Shown here piece by piece: positions 9,038 through 20,161 of a stretch of DNA of 64,000 bases. The DNA lies in NCBI GenBank assembly GCA_963741205.1, contig CAVUHW010000030.1, positions 64,001 to 128,000 on the forward strand, written 5' to 3'. Source of the stretch: Nitrospirota bacterium. GTDB taxonomy: Bacteria > Nitrospirota > UBA9217. Each line of letters opens with the position of its first letter. The stretch's first letter is position 1. The translations under genes were made by a program, and so were the position numbers. A model generated the notes under the pieces. It was not told the DNA's origin. It saw only the letters and a program-made list of their open reading frames with translations, and ran no database searches.

Positions 9038-12000
9038 TTATTCCACCTTCACATCGGCCGGGGTACCCTTGTCGCCGCTGTCGCCCGCTCCCGGCGCCTG
9101 TTCTTCCGCCTTTGCTGCTTCTTTGGCCTCGGCCTGCTTGGCAGCCTGCATCGGTTCCGCGGCCTTCGCTACTTCTTTGGTCGCGGCCGGTTTGGCAGTG
9201 TGCTTCGGCTTTGCGACCGGCACCGCTTTTTTGGCTGCGGCCGGTTTTACAGCCTGCTTCCGTTTCGCAGTCGACACCGCTTTTTTGGACGCGGCCGGTT
9301 TCGCAGTCTGCTTCGCTTCCGCCGTTGCGTTCACCGCTTCTTTGGTCTCAGCCGGTTTCGCATCCTGTTTCGGTTCCACCACATTCACCGCTTCTTTGGT
9401 CTCGGTCGGGTTCACATCCGGCTTCGGTTCCACCGCGTTCACCACTTCATTGGTCTCTGCCGGCTTCACGTCTTGCTTCGGCTGTGCCGCTTCTGTGGCC
9501 TCGGCCGACGTCGGCCCTTGGGGCGTCTCCGGACGTTCAATGGCGAACAGGTAGCTATCCAACGAAGCGATGACGGGACTTTCCTCTTCCGGCTTGGCGT
9601 AGCGCGCGGGTACGAACATGGCCAGTTTCTCCAAACTCTTGTCGATCCACTCGTTGTAAATACCGACGGTCATCAGTTCAAGATTCTTTTCATGCATTTT
9701 GATGGCTTTATCCTCAAAGGGATAGGCCTGCTCCTCAATGGCAAGGTCATACTCTTCTTGTTCCAATGCGCTCAGTCCTGCGGGGCGTTCGGACTCCTTC
9801 AGGTCCTTGCTGAAGTGGGCATAGATCTCGGCCAGATAAAAGGTCGCCGCTGCCGTGACCTCGCCGACTTCATAATCGAGGAGTTTGTCAAACTGCTGGG
9901 TCGCAACCTTCATCAACTCCTTTTTCTTGCGCAGGTTGGTCTCGAATGGTTGGACCAGCTTGACTTCAGCGAACTGGTCGAAGGTTTGCTCGGCCAGAAC
10001 CATCGCGGCTTTGCCGGCAAGATAGCGGGTCCGTGGCGTACGCTCGCCCCCTGCGCCCGCATCAATGGCCACGATCTGCTTGAGCTCGGCGAGATAGATG
10101 TCTCGATCGTTTTTCTTCTTCAGAGCTTCCGCGATTTTGTTGCGCGTTTCCAGGTTGGTTTCCACCGGATGCGGGAAATATCCGACATAGCGCCGGTAAA
10201 CCTCGAGCGAGCGGTCGCTGTTGCCCGCCTGTTCATGCAGGTCCGCTGCGATCAGCAGTGCCTCCCGCCTTACCTCGTCATCCTGGGACTCTCTTTCTAT
10301 GCGTTCATACTCATTAGCGGCCTGCGTCAGCTGCCCATCCTCTTTATAGACGTAGGCGATCTTCTTGGTCACCTCTGGCTGCAATGCATGTCCGGGGAAC
10401 AGGTCCCGGAAGCCCGCCAGCACGGTGGCCGCCGTCTTCCAGTCCTTAAGCTGCATCAGGGCTGCGGCTGCATCGTACTCCGCGTTCACCCTGATTTTGG
10501 AGGCCGGAGCCATACGCCCCACCCGCAAAAAATGCTCGGCTGCTGCCCGATAATCCTTGCGGGCATTCGCTTGTTCGCCCTGCTTGTAAATCGATGCCGC
10601 AAGATTATCGATCAGAGCATCGCGGCTTTTGTCCCCGGCGGGGAGCAGCGCCAGCACATTCACGTAAGCGGTTTCAGCTTCGTCGTAGCGAGTGAGCTCG
10701 TAGGTTGAGTGGCCGACCACCAGCCAGGCTGCGCGCACGACCTCCACCTCGGCGCCGGGGAATGCCGACAGAAGCTTGCGTGCGGCCGCGACCGCCGGTT
10801 CATAATCCCGCATGTCGTACAGATCATCCGCAGCCGCCCCCAGAACAATCGCCGCCTTCTCATGCTCCGGATAGGTGTCGGCGAACTTCAGCGAGCTGCG
10901 TACGACCTCCCGCTTCACCTGATCTTTTGCCTCGGGCGCAACGCCGGCAAGATGTTGGCGATAGGCGTAAATTGCTGCGTAGCCGGCCTGCGGGGACTTT
11001 TCGTGACGCGGGTATTCATAGGCGGTCTTCTCGTATTCCACCGCCGCCAGATCAAAGGAGCGGTTTTCCAGGAACAGATCCGCCAACAGATAATTAACAG
11101 CCGGCGACTCGGGGTCCATCGGGAAGGAGGTGAGGAATTCCCGGTACCAATGCAGCGCTTCCTCGAAGTTTGCCTTCTTGTCCTTGATCTGCTGCGGACT
11201 CTGGTAAAGCGCATGATAATGTTTGGCCAGATCAGTAAGGTTCGTTTTGAGCCAGGCCAGAACTTCCGGACGGGCGCCGGTTCGAAATGCTGCCAGTATT
11301 CGGCCTTGAGCCCGTAATTGCGGGCAAATTGCTTTTTCGCGTCAATGACCAGGCTGGGGAACGCCCCGGCAAGATGGATTTCGATCACCCGCATGGCGAA
11401 TTGCGGCGATACCTTGTGGAACGGATTGCGGCTGACAAAGGCATTGTAGGTTGCTGCGGCGTCGGCGTAACGGCGCTTATCGAAGTAAAATTCCCCGAGG
11501 TTGCTGTAGACGCCGTCCTCGTAACTGCGCTTGCCGTGGCGGTTGAAGTACTCGACCACGGAGTTGGCGCCGCCGAGGTTGGAAAAACTCAGGCTGATGA
11601 CCCGGAAGGTGTCATCGATGCGCTTTCTTTCCTGCTCGTCCTTGGTCTGCGCGAAATCGTAGCCCATGGACACCTTGTAATCCAGCAGGGCAATGAACCG
11701 GTGCAGGGCCTCGTCATAGAGTTCCTGCTTGTAAAAGGTCCAGCCCAGCTTGTACAGGGCGAGCTGATAATAGGACGAAGAGACGCCCATGGCCACGATG
11801 CTGCCGTAGGCCTCCTCGGCATCCAGGTAATGCCTGCGGGTGAAGAAATATTCGGCGCGCCGGAACTGCACTTCATCCATATACCGGGATTTCGGATAAT
11901 CGCGCACCAGCCGGTTCATGACCCCCATGGCCTCGTCGACCTGCCCCAGTTCCTCATAGGCGCGGGACATCTGATACAGCACCTGATCGTTGCGCTCGTA

Positions 12001-12540
12001 CGCGGGATAATCGTTCAGCAGTTTCTTGTAGAGTTCGATGGCCTCAAGGGCACCGGCCCGCTTCAGGTCATCAGCACCTTCGGCAAGTCCGTCCGCAGCC
12101 GCGGCTGTGCCGGTCGCCGTGCTCTGAGCCGCCCTTTTCTCAAAATCGGCCTGCGCTTCACCCGGCGCTGGTGCAGGAACAGAGGAGCGCAAGGGCGCAA
12201 CCTCCGGACGCGCCGCACGTTCCGGAGAAGGCAAAGTCGCGGCGGAGCCCCTCCGCTCTGCTGCGGTATCGCCGGAAAGAACGCCATATTCCCTTTCGAC
12301 CTTCAGGTCTGCCAGGCGGCGAATAGCCTCCGGCTTCAGGGCCGCGTCCGGCGTTTCTTCCAGAAAGCGCCGGTAACCCTCCATGGCTTTCTCGAGTCCG
12401 CCTTCGATCTTCTCTTCCTTGATTTCGATCTGCATGGTTCGCAACGTGGCAATCGTATCCTTGCCGCCGACCGACTGACAGGCGCAGAGGAGCAGCGGCA
12501 GCGCGAGCACGCTCCATCGAAGACAATTCATTGTCCTCAT
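9038..12540 (-). CDS. large TPR lipoprotein (~1,170 aa, GltD/AgmU-like) with repetitive C-terminal tail; frameshift near 11270
   Basis: LCAC lipobox; ORFs 10915..12540 and 9038..11119 join; many TPRs; ERPAGLS.LE.EEY...IEEQAYPFEDKAI..HE.N.......YNEWI.KS...LA...PARY.K motif. Confidence 0.82.
9105..9490 (-). repeat. about 7 degenerate 54-bp (18-aa) tandem repeats, consensus ~EPKQ.AKPAETKEAV...
   Basis: QPKQDVKPAETNEVVNAV/EPKPDVNPTETKEAVNVV/EPKQDAKPAETKEAVNATA/EAKQTAKPAASKKAVSTA/KRKQAVKPAAAKKAVPVA/KPKHTAKPAATKEVAKAA/EPMQAAKQAEAKEAAKAE. Confidence 0.8.
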
Positions 12541-14432
12541 TGCTCGGCCCCCTTCCGAAGTTGGGCCTTGCTGGCCCGGTCGTAACTGTCCGCCAGGGCG
12601 AAGCGCGCCTTGACCTGGAACTCTTCGAGCCGCTCGCGCCGCCTGGTGAGTTCATTCACGGCCATGACTTCAAGCATATGTCCCTGACGGGCCATCAATT
12701 CCTCCACTTTTTCCCGGGCGGCCGTGATCCGGGCCCGCAGGCGGCGGATCACCTCGTCATACCCTTCATAGCTTTGGGTGGCGGCCTGGCGGGTACGGAC
12801 AAAGGACGCGTACTGTTTGTGCAGCAAGTCGATGACGTGATTCAGATCTCGAAGATTTTTGTGCGCCTCCGTAAGGCGCTGGTCATATTCCGTATAAATC
12901 TTCCAGTCCAGCACTCCCCGCAGACGCCTGACGCGGCCCTTGACTTCGTCGCTTGTAGCCGCACCGCCTCTCGCGGACATGGCCTTCTCCAGCCGCGCGA
13001 TGCGTTCCCCGAAAATCCGCTCCGGCGCGGTCGCCAGGTAGTCGGGCCTCGGCGCCACCAGCATGGCCTGCAGCCGCTGTTCGATGCGGTCTCGCTGCTC
13101 CAGCCGCAACCGCATCTGCGAGTCGAGCCGCCTGAATTCCCGGTCGATCGCGGGCAGCAGCGGCTGGTAATACGCCCGGCGCTGCTCGATGATATCCTCG
13201 AAGGCGACCAGGTCCCCTGACCAGACCTCCAGTTTCTTGCGCAGCTGCTCAAGGTCGAGATAATTTTTCAGTGATTCCTGGAAATCATGGGAGGCCATCA
13301 AATCGAGCAGGTAGAATGTCTCGGGCGTTTCCGGCAGCTCGCGCAGCTTGACGACCCAGTTGGCATCCTGTTTCAGCTCTTCCCGGACGAGGGCTTTCAG
13401 AAATTTGCCTTCGCGGATACTGCTTGATCGAGGCGCCGAGCTTGTCAATCTCCTTGCCGAACGCCTCCAGTGCCCTGCCATACATCAGCGCCGCCTTGCT
13501 GTACACACCGAGCTTCCCATAGGCATAGGGGACGGCAAGCATGGCTTCCTGCACCGCCGGGTCCGTGACCTCGCGTTCGGCCAGGATGCTCCATGGCACC
13601 AGGGCATTTTCGAACCGTTCCCGGGAGGCGTCGGCCCAACCCGAACCGAGCAGCGCGCGGTTGGAAAACGGGCCGCTCAGGCGCACCCTGTCGAGCACCT
13701 CCTTGGCGCCCTCGAAATTATTTTCACTCATCAGCTTGTCGCCGAGAACGAGGTTCGATTTGTCCCTGATCGCCAGCGTGGCCGGATTGCCGCTCTCAAT
13801 CCGGCCGGTACGGTCGAGATACTCGCGCCCTTCCCGCACCTTCCCGCTCTTGAGCAGCGCGATCCCGAGGTTGTACGTGGTAAAACCTTCCAGGCTCTTC
13901 GCCCCTTGGAGTTCTTTCAGAATGCGGGCTGCATCGTCGAAGCGGCCGTTGGCCATGAAAATTTGCGCCCGCAGGAAAGCCAGATCATCGCGAATATCTT
14001 CGGGAACGGCGCCCTTGATGCGTTCCACGGCCTGCAGGGCGTTCTGCGGCTGGTCTTTCTGGAAGTAAATCCGGGCCAGGCGGAAAATGGCCTCGTTGCG
14101 CACCGGCTCCTCGACATTGCCCTCGATCACCGCCTTGATGGCGCGCCCGGCACGCTGGTGCATCCGGTATGCCAGTTCGAAATCACCCACGTCAAACTCC
14201 GCCTGGTTGATATGGTAATGAAGGGTGTCGCGTTCGGGTTCATCGACCCCATAGTGCTGCATAAGCTCGGTGTCGAGCCTGGCGACGGCATCGAACCAGT
14301 CCCCTTGAAATGCGTAATAAAGGGCCTCTCCGAAATAGAGATCCTTCAGTTCTTTCGGAGCGGACGAAGCCAGCCGCTCGCCGAAGACGCAGAGAATATC
14401 AGAATTGTCAATGATATAAGCAGCCTGTTCAT
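12537..14432 (-). CDS. TPR + coiled-coil periplasmic protein (~630 aa, GltC-like); frameshifts near 14360 and 13425
   Basis: ATG 14432 with signal peptide; KDLYFGEALYYAFQG.WFDA..RL; VRL.GPFSNRALLG.GWA; VQEA.LAVPYAY; ends ARFALADSYDRA; stop overlaps next start. Confidence 0.8.
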
Positions 14433-14435
14433 GGT

Positions 14436-14952
14436 CTACCTGTCATGAAGGGTAATGCTTTGGGCGGCCAGAGATATTTCCACGATCTTGGGGCCCACAT
14501 CCTTGTTGACCTTGAAGCTCTCCGATTTTTGGAAATCGGTGCCTCCCCCGGTTTTCCCGATGACAACAGACCTGGAGATCATGCTCGCCGGACCGGACAT
14601 TGCCGGTATAGATGCGCTGCACCCCCCCCTTCTGCAAGGCTTCGAGTTCCTTGAAGGAGTAAAGGTGATGGGCAACCGGCTTGCCGTCCAACTGGATCTC
14701 GACCGAGTCGAGACGGAAGGTTTCGCCGCTGACCAGTGATACGAATACCGCGACCTGCGTATTGGACGGATACAGCAGCTTCTCTTCAAGCTGATTCAGT
14801 TCCGCCGCAATGCCCAGAACATCGCTCTTGATTTCCTGAACCTGCTCATCCAGGCCCTTGATCTGTTCCCGGGAGATTTCCTCCGCATAGGCAGGGAAGC
14901 CCAGCATCAGCACGGCAATGGACAGGATGAACCCTCGTAATATGTGGAACAT
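14436..14952 (-). CDS. secreted protein of unknown function (short coiled coil + beta-sandwich); frameshift near the 3' end
   Basis: Signal peptide ending AYA; LDEQVQEIKSDVL....EL..LEEKLLYPSNTQVAVFVSL...LDSV...LDG..VA.HLY...EL.AL..GGVQR.Y.GN. Confidence 0.75.
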
Positions 14953-14984
14953 GGCTGCCTCCTGGTTCGAGTCAATTTCCTTTT

Positions 14985-17900
14985 TTAAAACTGCCCGACC
15001 ACATTGATGAACAGACCCCGCTGTCTGTAATCCAGTTGGGTCAGATCATCCGAAAAATCACTGAAGTTATAGCCGACACCCGCCTTGATATTGTTCCCCA
15101 CCTGCCGGTAGATCGCCGCCAGCACCCCGCTGCGTTTGTCTTTCGCATCGGGTAGATCGAGCAAGCGCCCTTCAAGCAAGGCGTCCCACTTTTGCACGAA
15201 ATGCCAATCCGCACGGAGAACGTAAAGGTGGGCCCGGCTATCGAAAAATTCCTGTGTCACGCGATCCTCGCTGATTTGCCCCAAGCGATAGGCGTATTTG
15301 CCGCCGATGGTCCAACGCTGGGTGAGGTCATACATCACATCCAGCGAGAAGATGTGGCTCTTCTGAATGAAATCCGCGGCCGTATTCGTGACCGTATTGG
15401 CGGCCGTATTGGTGACCGTATCGGTGACCTGACCGACGCTCGGGAGATTGTAAAAGTACGTATATTTGAACAAGGTGTTGAGGCGATCGTTCGTCACGGG
15501 CCGATAGCCGTAACCCAGGACTGCTTCCGTATAATCGCCGTCGTAGAAACTGCCGAGCGAGCTCTTGCTCTCGGCGTGATTCAGTTTTCCGAGGAGCCGC
15601 GACGCGGGGTCCATCTGGTATTTGAAAACGTTCTTGATCAACCAGCTGTCCCGATCCACCGTGCTCACGCTCAAGTCCGGGTTTATGGTGTCGGTCTTGT
15701 CCACGCGATACTCGAACGCGGTCGTCCAGGAAAATCTCTCGTCGCCGTAACCGACCCGCACGCCGGCCGCTTTGCGCTCGAGACGTGCGGCGGTGATGGG
15801 ATCTCGCAGCGTTCCGAAATCCACATTGACACCGAAGTTCCAGTGATCAAAAGGCGCAAGGTCGACGCCCGCGGAATGCGTGAGGCCCGTTGGCACCTTC
15901 CCGTGCGTATACTTTTCCTCTGCATACACGCTCGTGGTATCCGAGTACCGCGTCTTGACCCCGGTAACCATATTTCCCTTGTTCGAACGGATACCATTGT
16001 CCGGCGTCTCGTTGTCGTACGTGTAATTCAGGTATAAATTGGTCCGGTCGGAGTAGAGATACTCCGTACCGACCTTGCCCGCGCCGCCGAGATCGCCGGC
16101 CGACACTTCGCCAGTTACCTTGAACCGATCGGTGACGCGGTAAGCGCCGCCCGAACCCACGCGACCGTTTTCTTCGCGGTTGCCGGTCTTTTTGACCGTA
16201 TCCTGTGCGAAACCGTAGGCAGTCCATCTCTCCTTGGAATCGTAGGTCGCCCGCAGGGCCGCATCCGTGCGATCACCCTCCATCTGCGTCGGCGGCACGA
16301 CCGGCGAGTGATCCTCGCGGCTATCGAGCCTCACCCCCGGGCTCAGGGTCCAATGCTCAGTCAACTGATAATTGACATCGACCTCAGACGCATTGGTCTC
16401 GAGTCCCTGTTGCCGGCTTGTTTTGTCCGTCTTGGCGGTCACATTGACTCTGTCTGTCACCGGCGCATTCAAAGTACCGCCGTACTGCTTGGTATCCGTA
16501 GCCGTCGCCAGGCCCGGCGCCGAATAGCCCGCATCGATGTTCTGCGTGTAGAACGTCACCTGACCGTTCGCACCGTCGATGATGTCTCCGAAACCGATGC
16601 TGGTGTCGACCCGGTAAGCGCCGGCACTGCCCACGACTGGCGTTTCCGTCGAGCCGAACGTGAAGCCGCCATCGTTTGAAGAAAGGGAGGTCAGGCCGGG
16701 TCCTTTGCTCTTGGACGTCTCCACCTTGATCCACGACGCGGCGCTTTTCCTGAGGGTAAGATCGGCGGCATTGAGCCCGTTCGGGTTCTCCGAATCCTGA
16801 TCCTTGCTGGAGGTGATGCCCAGTTTCACGTAATCGTTCAGCCACACATGGGTACGACCGCCGAGACTCATGCTATTGGTGTCGCCGGCGCTCGGTACGT
16901 ATTCGTAGCGCACGACCAAAAAAACCGGATTGCCGCCAGCGGTGTCGCTGGCCACCAGCAGATTGTCGCTCGCCGTCGGCGACAGGGGTTGCGAAAGTGA
17001 AATGCGTCCCTGCAGGTAATCGACGGTGTAATCGAGAGTCGGCGTCAGATTCTTAACGGAGGTGACGATTCCCGAATCCTTGTCGCGCACCTCGATGCGC
17101 ACGCGCTCGGAGCCGGTAAGGATGTCAAGATGACGCAAGTAATAGAGCGAACCGCCGGTACCCAGAAACTCGTCCCGTGTTCCGACTGTGCCCGGCTGCG
17201 CGGCAAAGCCGTCAATCATGAACCGCTTCTCGCCGAAGCTCGTCGTCGACAGTGTTTGATAATGGGCATTTGCGCCGTACAATCCGCGATCCACGTGCGC
17301 CAGGTCGTTGTCGTTGTAGCCGATGTTGAAGTTGCCCCACAGGCCGTAGCTGTCGTCCTTCTTCATCTTCAAATAGAACTTGCCGAGCGTCGGCGCCCCC
17401 TCCTCCACGCTGCTGTCGTCACCGTAGGTAGGATAGAAATACTGCGGATCGATGCGCCGGAACAATGAGTCGGTCGACCTGTCTCCGAAGTTGTTGAAGA
17501 TATCCTTGACTGGCCCTTCGAGCGTGTCCGCGCTTGAGGTCAATTCCCAACCATTGCCAAACTTGCCCTTGGTGTAGAAGGCCAGCCGGCCATCGTAGCT
17601 GAAATCGTTGTTGTAGTGCGTCTGATCGTTGGTGACGAGCTTTGCCGGGCCGCTCGTGGAATCCCGGGCCACAGTGACATCGGCGATGCCGACGTAAAAC
17701 CAGTCGTTCTTTTTAAGATCGAGATCGCGCAGGAACAGGTCGCCGTTACCCGATTTATCGAGTATCGCCACCTCGACGGTGTGCATGCCCGGCGGGAGGA
17801 TTTCTTCGGTGACAAACTTGCCTTCATTCCCGACCGGCACTGCGCGGCCGGCCACGAACACCGAATGATCAGCCGGGACCTCGCTGCCAGTAGACCTTGA

Positions 17901-20123
17901 TCGTCCCGCCTTTCTTCGGAATATTGTCTACGACGAGGTGATTTTCGCCGTAGCCGACCAGCAACTCCCTTTCTCCGTCGTGGTCCTGAATATCCGCAGG
18001 CTGCCTGTCAATGATCCAGATCGGCAGCGGCTGGGTCTCGTCGAAATTGTTCGACGCGTCGTAGACACGCAGCACGTATTTCAATTCGCGCCCGGGGGCC
18101 TTGTATTCGGGGAAGGTCGGCTGCCACTCTGCGCGGCCATCCTTGTTGACCTCGATGACCGCAAGGGGTGTGTCGTTTACCGACTCCAGCGCGTCGAAGA
18201 TGCGAATTTCCGCTTTCTTGATAAAACTCGCGTAGTTCGTGTAGGTGCGGAACCGCATCAGGTTTTCCGGGTATTCGGTATTCGGGTCGTCCTGATAACG
18301 AATGGAATTCGGCCAGGCCGTCACATTCAGTCGGGGTTTCAGCTCAAGATTGTCGAATTTGAATTGCACATTCGCCTTGTCCAGGGCCACGTCGGTACAC
18401 CGCTCGATATCGGCGATGCTCTTGCCCGGATCGTCGACCGGCTTGCCGTCGACGGTGATGCGCATGAGGTTCAGCGCAAGGGGATCCTTCGGAGTGACCT
18501 CACGCGTGAAGCGCGTGATATCCAGTCCCTCGGTGCCGTCAAGAGCCAGCAGCTCGTCATACACGACCTGCACTTCGACGCGCGCCGTATCGGATTCGAC
18601 AAAGCCCGTATTGACCACGTCGTCCGATTGCACATAACCGCGTCCCTCGAACTCCACCTGACCATCCTTCAGACCCGACTGCTCTTCGACGGCATTCATG
18701 GCCCGGCGGGCACGGGCGGTCGAAAGACCGATATCGTCACCGTATACCGTCGCAGTGCGGCGATCGAGGCGCTCGTCGTTGGTATAACCGATGAAGCGGA
18801 GTCGCACCTTCTCTTTGTCGCGAATCTCATCCATGCTGCTGATCAGGCGCTCCAGGTGTTCCGACGTAATGACCGGCTTCCCCTGCTCAAACAGGATCGG
18901 CTTGACGCCGCCGGACGGCGAATCGTAAACGCGAGTCACTGTTTCCACACCCACGGCTTCCGGGCACATCTGCGGCTCGTCCGACAGCTCCTGCAGGGCG
19001 TCGTCATACCAGAATTCGACTTCGATGCGTCGATTGAGCGCCCGGCCTTTCTCGGTGTCGTTCGAGGCGATGGGATTGGCCGCGCCCTTGCCGTCCACGT
19101 CGATCTCCGACGTCGGGAGTTTCAGCGCATCCTGAACGGCGAGCGCCGCCCGCCGCGCCCGCGCCTTCGACAAGGCCACCACGTTACCGTAAATTCGCTC
19201 GGTCCGCCCCTCAAGTGGCAGGTTGTCGGTGTATCCGGTGAATTTGACTACGAGGTGCTCCTTCGCCCCCAGGTTGGTGAGCGCCTGCCGCACCTTTTGG
19301 ACGAATTCCCCGGGGACGGCCGTCGTGTCATCGTCGAAGTGGAGCGGCTCCACCAGGTTCTTGATGCGGGCGCGCTTTGAGTGCCCCTCCTTGTAGCGCA
19401 ACTTGCACACCGTCTCGACGCGGCACACCTTTACGCGATTCATCTGCTCCGCAACGACCACCTCTTTGTCCACCAGTTTATCGGTGATCTCGTCGTACCA
19501 GACCTCGACTTCGACCCGCCTATTGAGCGCCTTGCCTTGCTCGGTGGCGTTGTTCGCTACCGGCTGGGATTCGCCCATGCCCTCGTAAGTAATCGACTCG
19601 GGCGGAAGATGGAGGGCCTTCTGGAAATACTCGGCGGTGACTCCCGCGCGTTCTCGCGATAAGCGTGAGATTGTCGCCGTACTTTTGCTTCACTTCTCTG
19701 AATAGCTGCGCGTTGTCCGAGTGCCCCACGAAATGCAACCGGACGTTGTTGCGTCCTTTCATGCCGTCGAGCACCTCGCGCAGACGCTGGACATAACCTA
19801 TCGGGAATCTCCGCTTCTCCGGATGCAAAGTGAATCGGCGGAACGAGGTTCTGCACTTTGATGGTCTTGACCGCTTTTTCCAGAACCTTCTTCACTTCGA
19901 CTTTGTCTCCCTGCTTATCGTCCCCGTCCCCACCGTGCACCCATAAGGTGCGCGGCTCATCGGTTCCCGCTTGTTTCTCGACCGCCTGGCCGAGAGCAGG
20001 CGCCTGCATCACGCCTGTTTCCGCAGCCATCAGCGGGGCCGAAACAGCAGCCGTGTTCGTTTCCGCCATCGCCACGGCGGAAACGAGACACGAAACACCG
20101 ATGAGTGAGATCCGCTTCAGCAT
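14985..20123 (-). CDS. ~1,710-aa outer-membrane protein: signal peptide, three OmpA-like domains, Ig-like region, very large C-terminal beta-barrel; 3 frameshifts
   Basis: Pieces 19557..20123, 19520..19828, 17869..19578, 14985..17861; F.GHSDN/GYTDN/GYTND and NRRVEVE/NRRIEVE/TARVEVQ motifs; ~900 aa of amphipathic beta-strands ending ...GLFINVVGQF (terminal Phe). Confidence 0.82.
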
Positions 20124-20161
20124 ACCCCTTGATTTCCCTTAAAAAAACATCGTAACGACCG

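Noticed and set aside
4885-14952. Complete Myxococcus-type gliding motility machinery
   Set aside because: GltA/B/H/K, GltI/J, CglB and AglZ equivalents are not recognisable, so motility cannot be claimed
9069-19380. Long plus-strand ORFs (9200..10708, 11287..12585, 13348..14448, 17938..19380)
   Set aside because: Antisense shadows of high-GC minus-strand genes, with no RBS or family motifs
14985-20123. Flagellar MotB or TonB-dependent nutrient receptor
   Set aside because: It has a cleavable signal peptide, no MotB TM-Asp segment, no evident plug or TonB box, and the OmpA-like domains precede a much larger barrel
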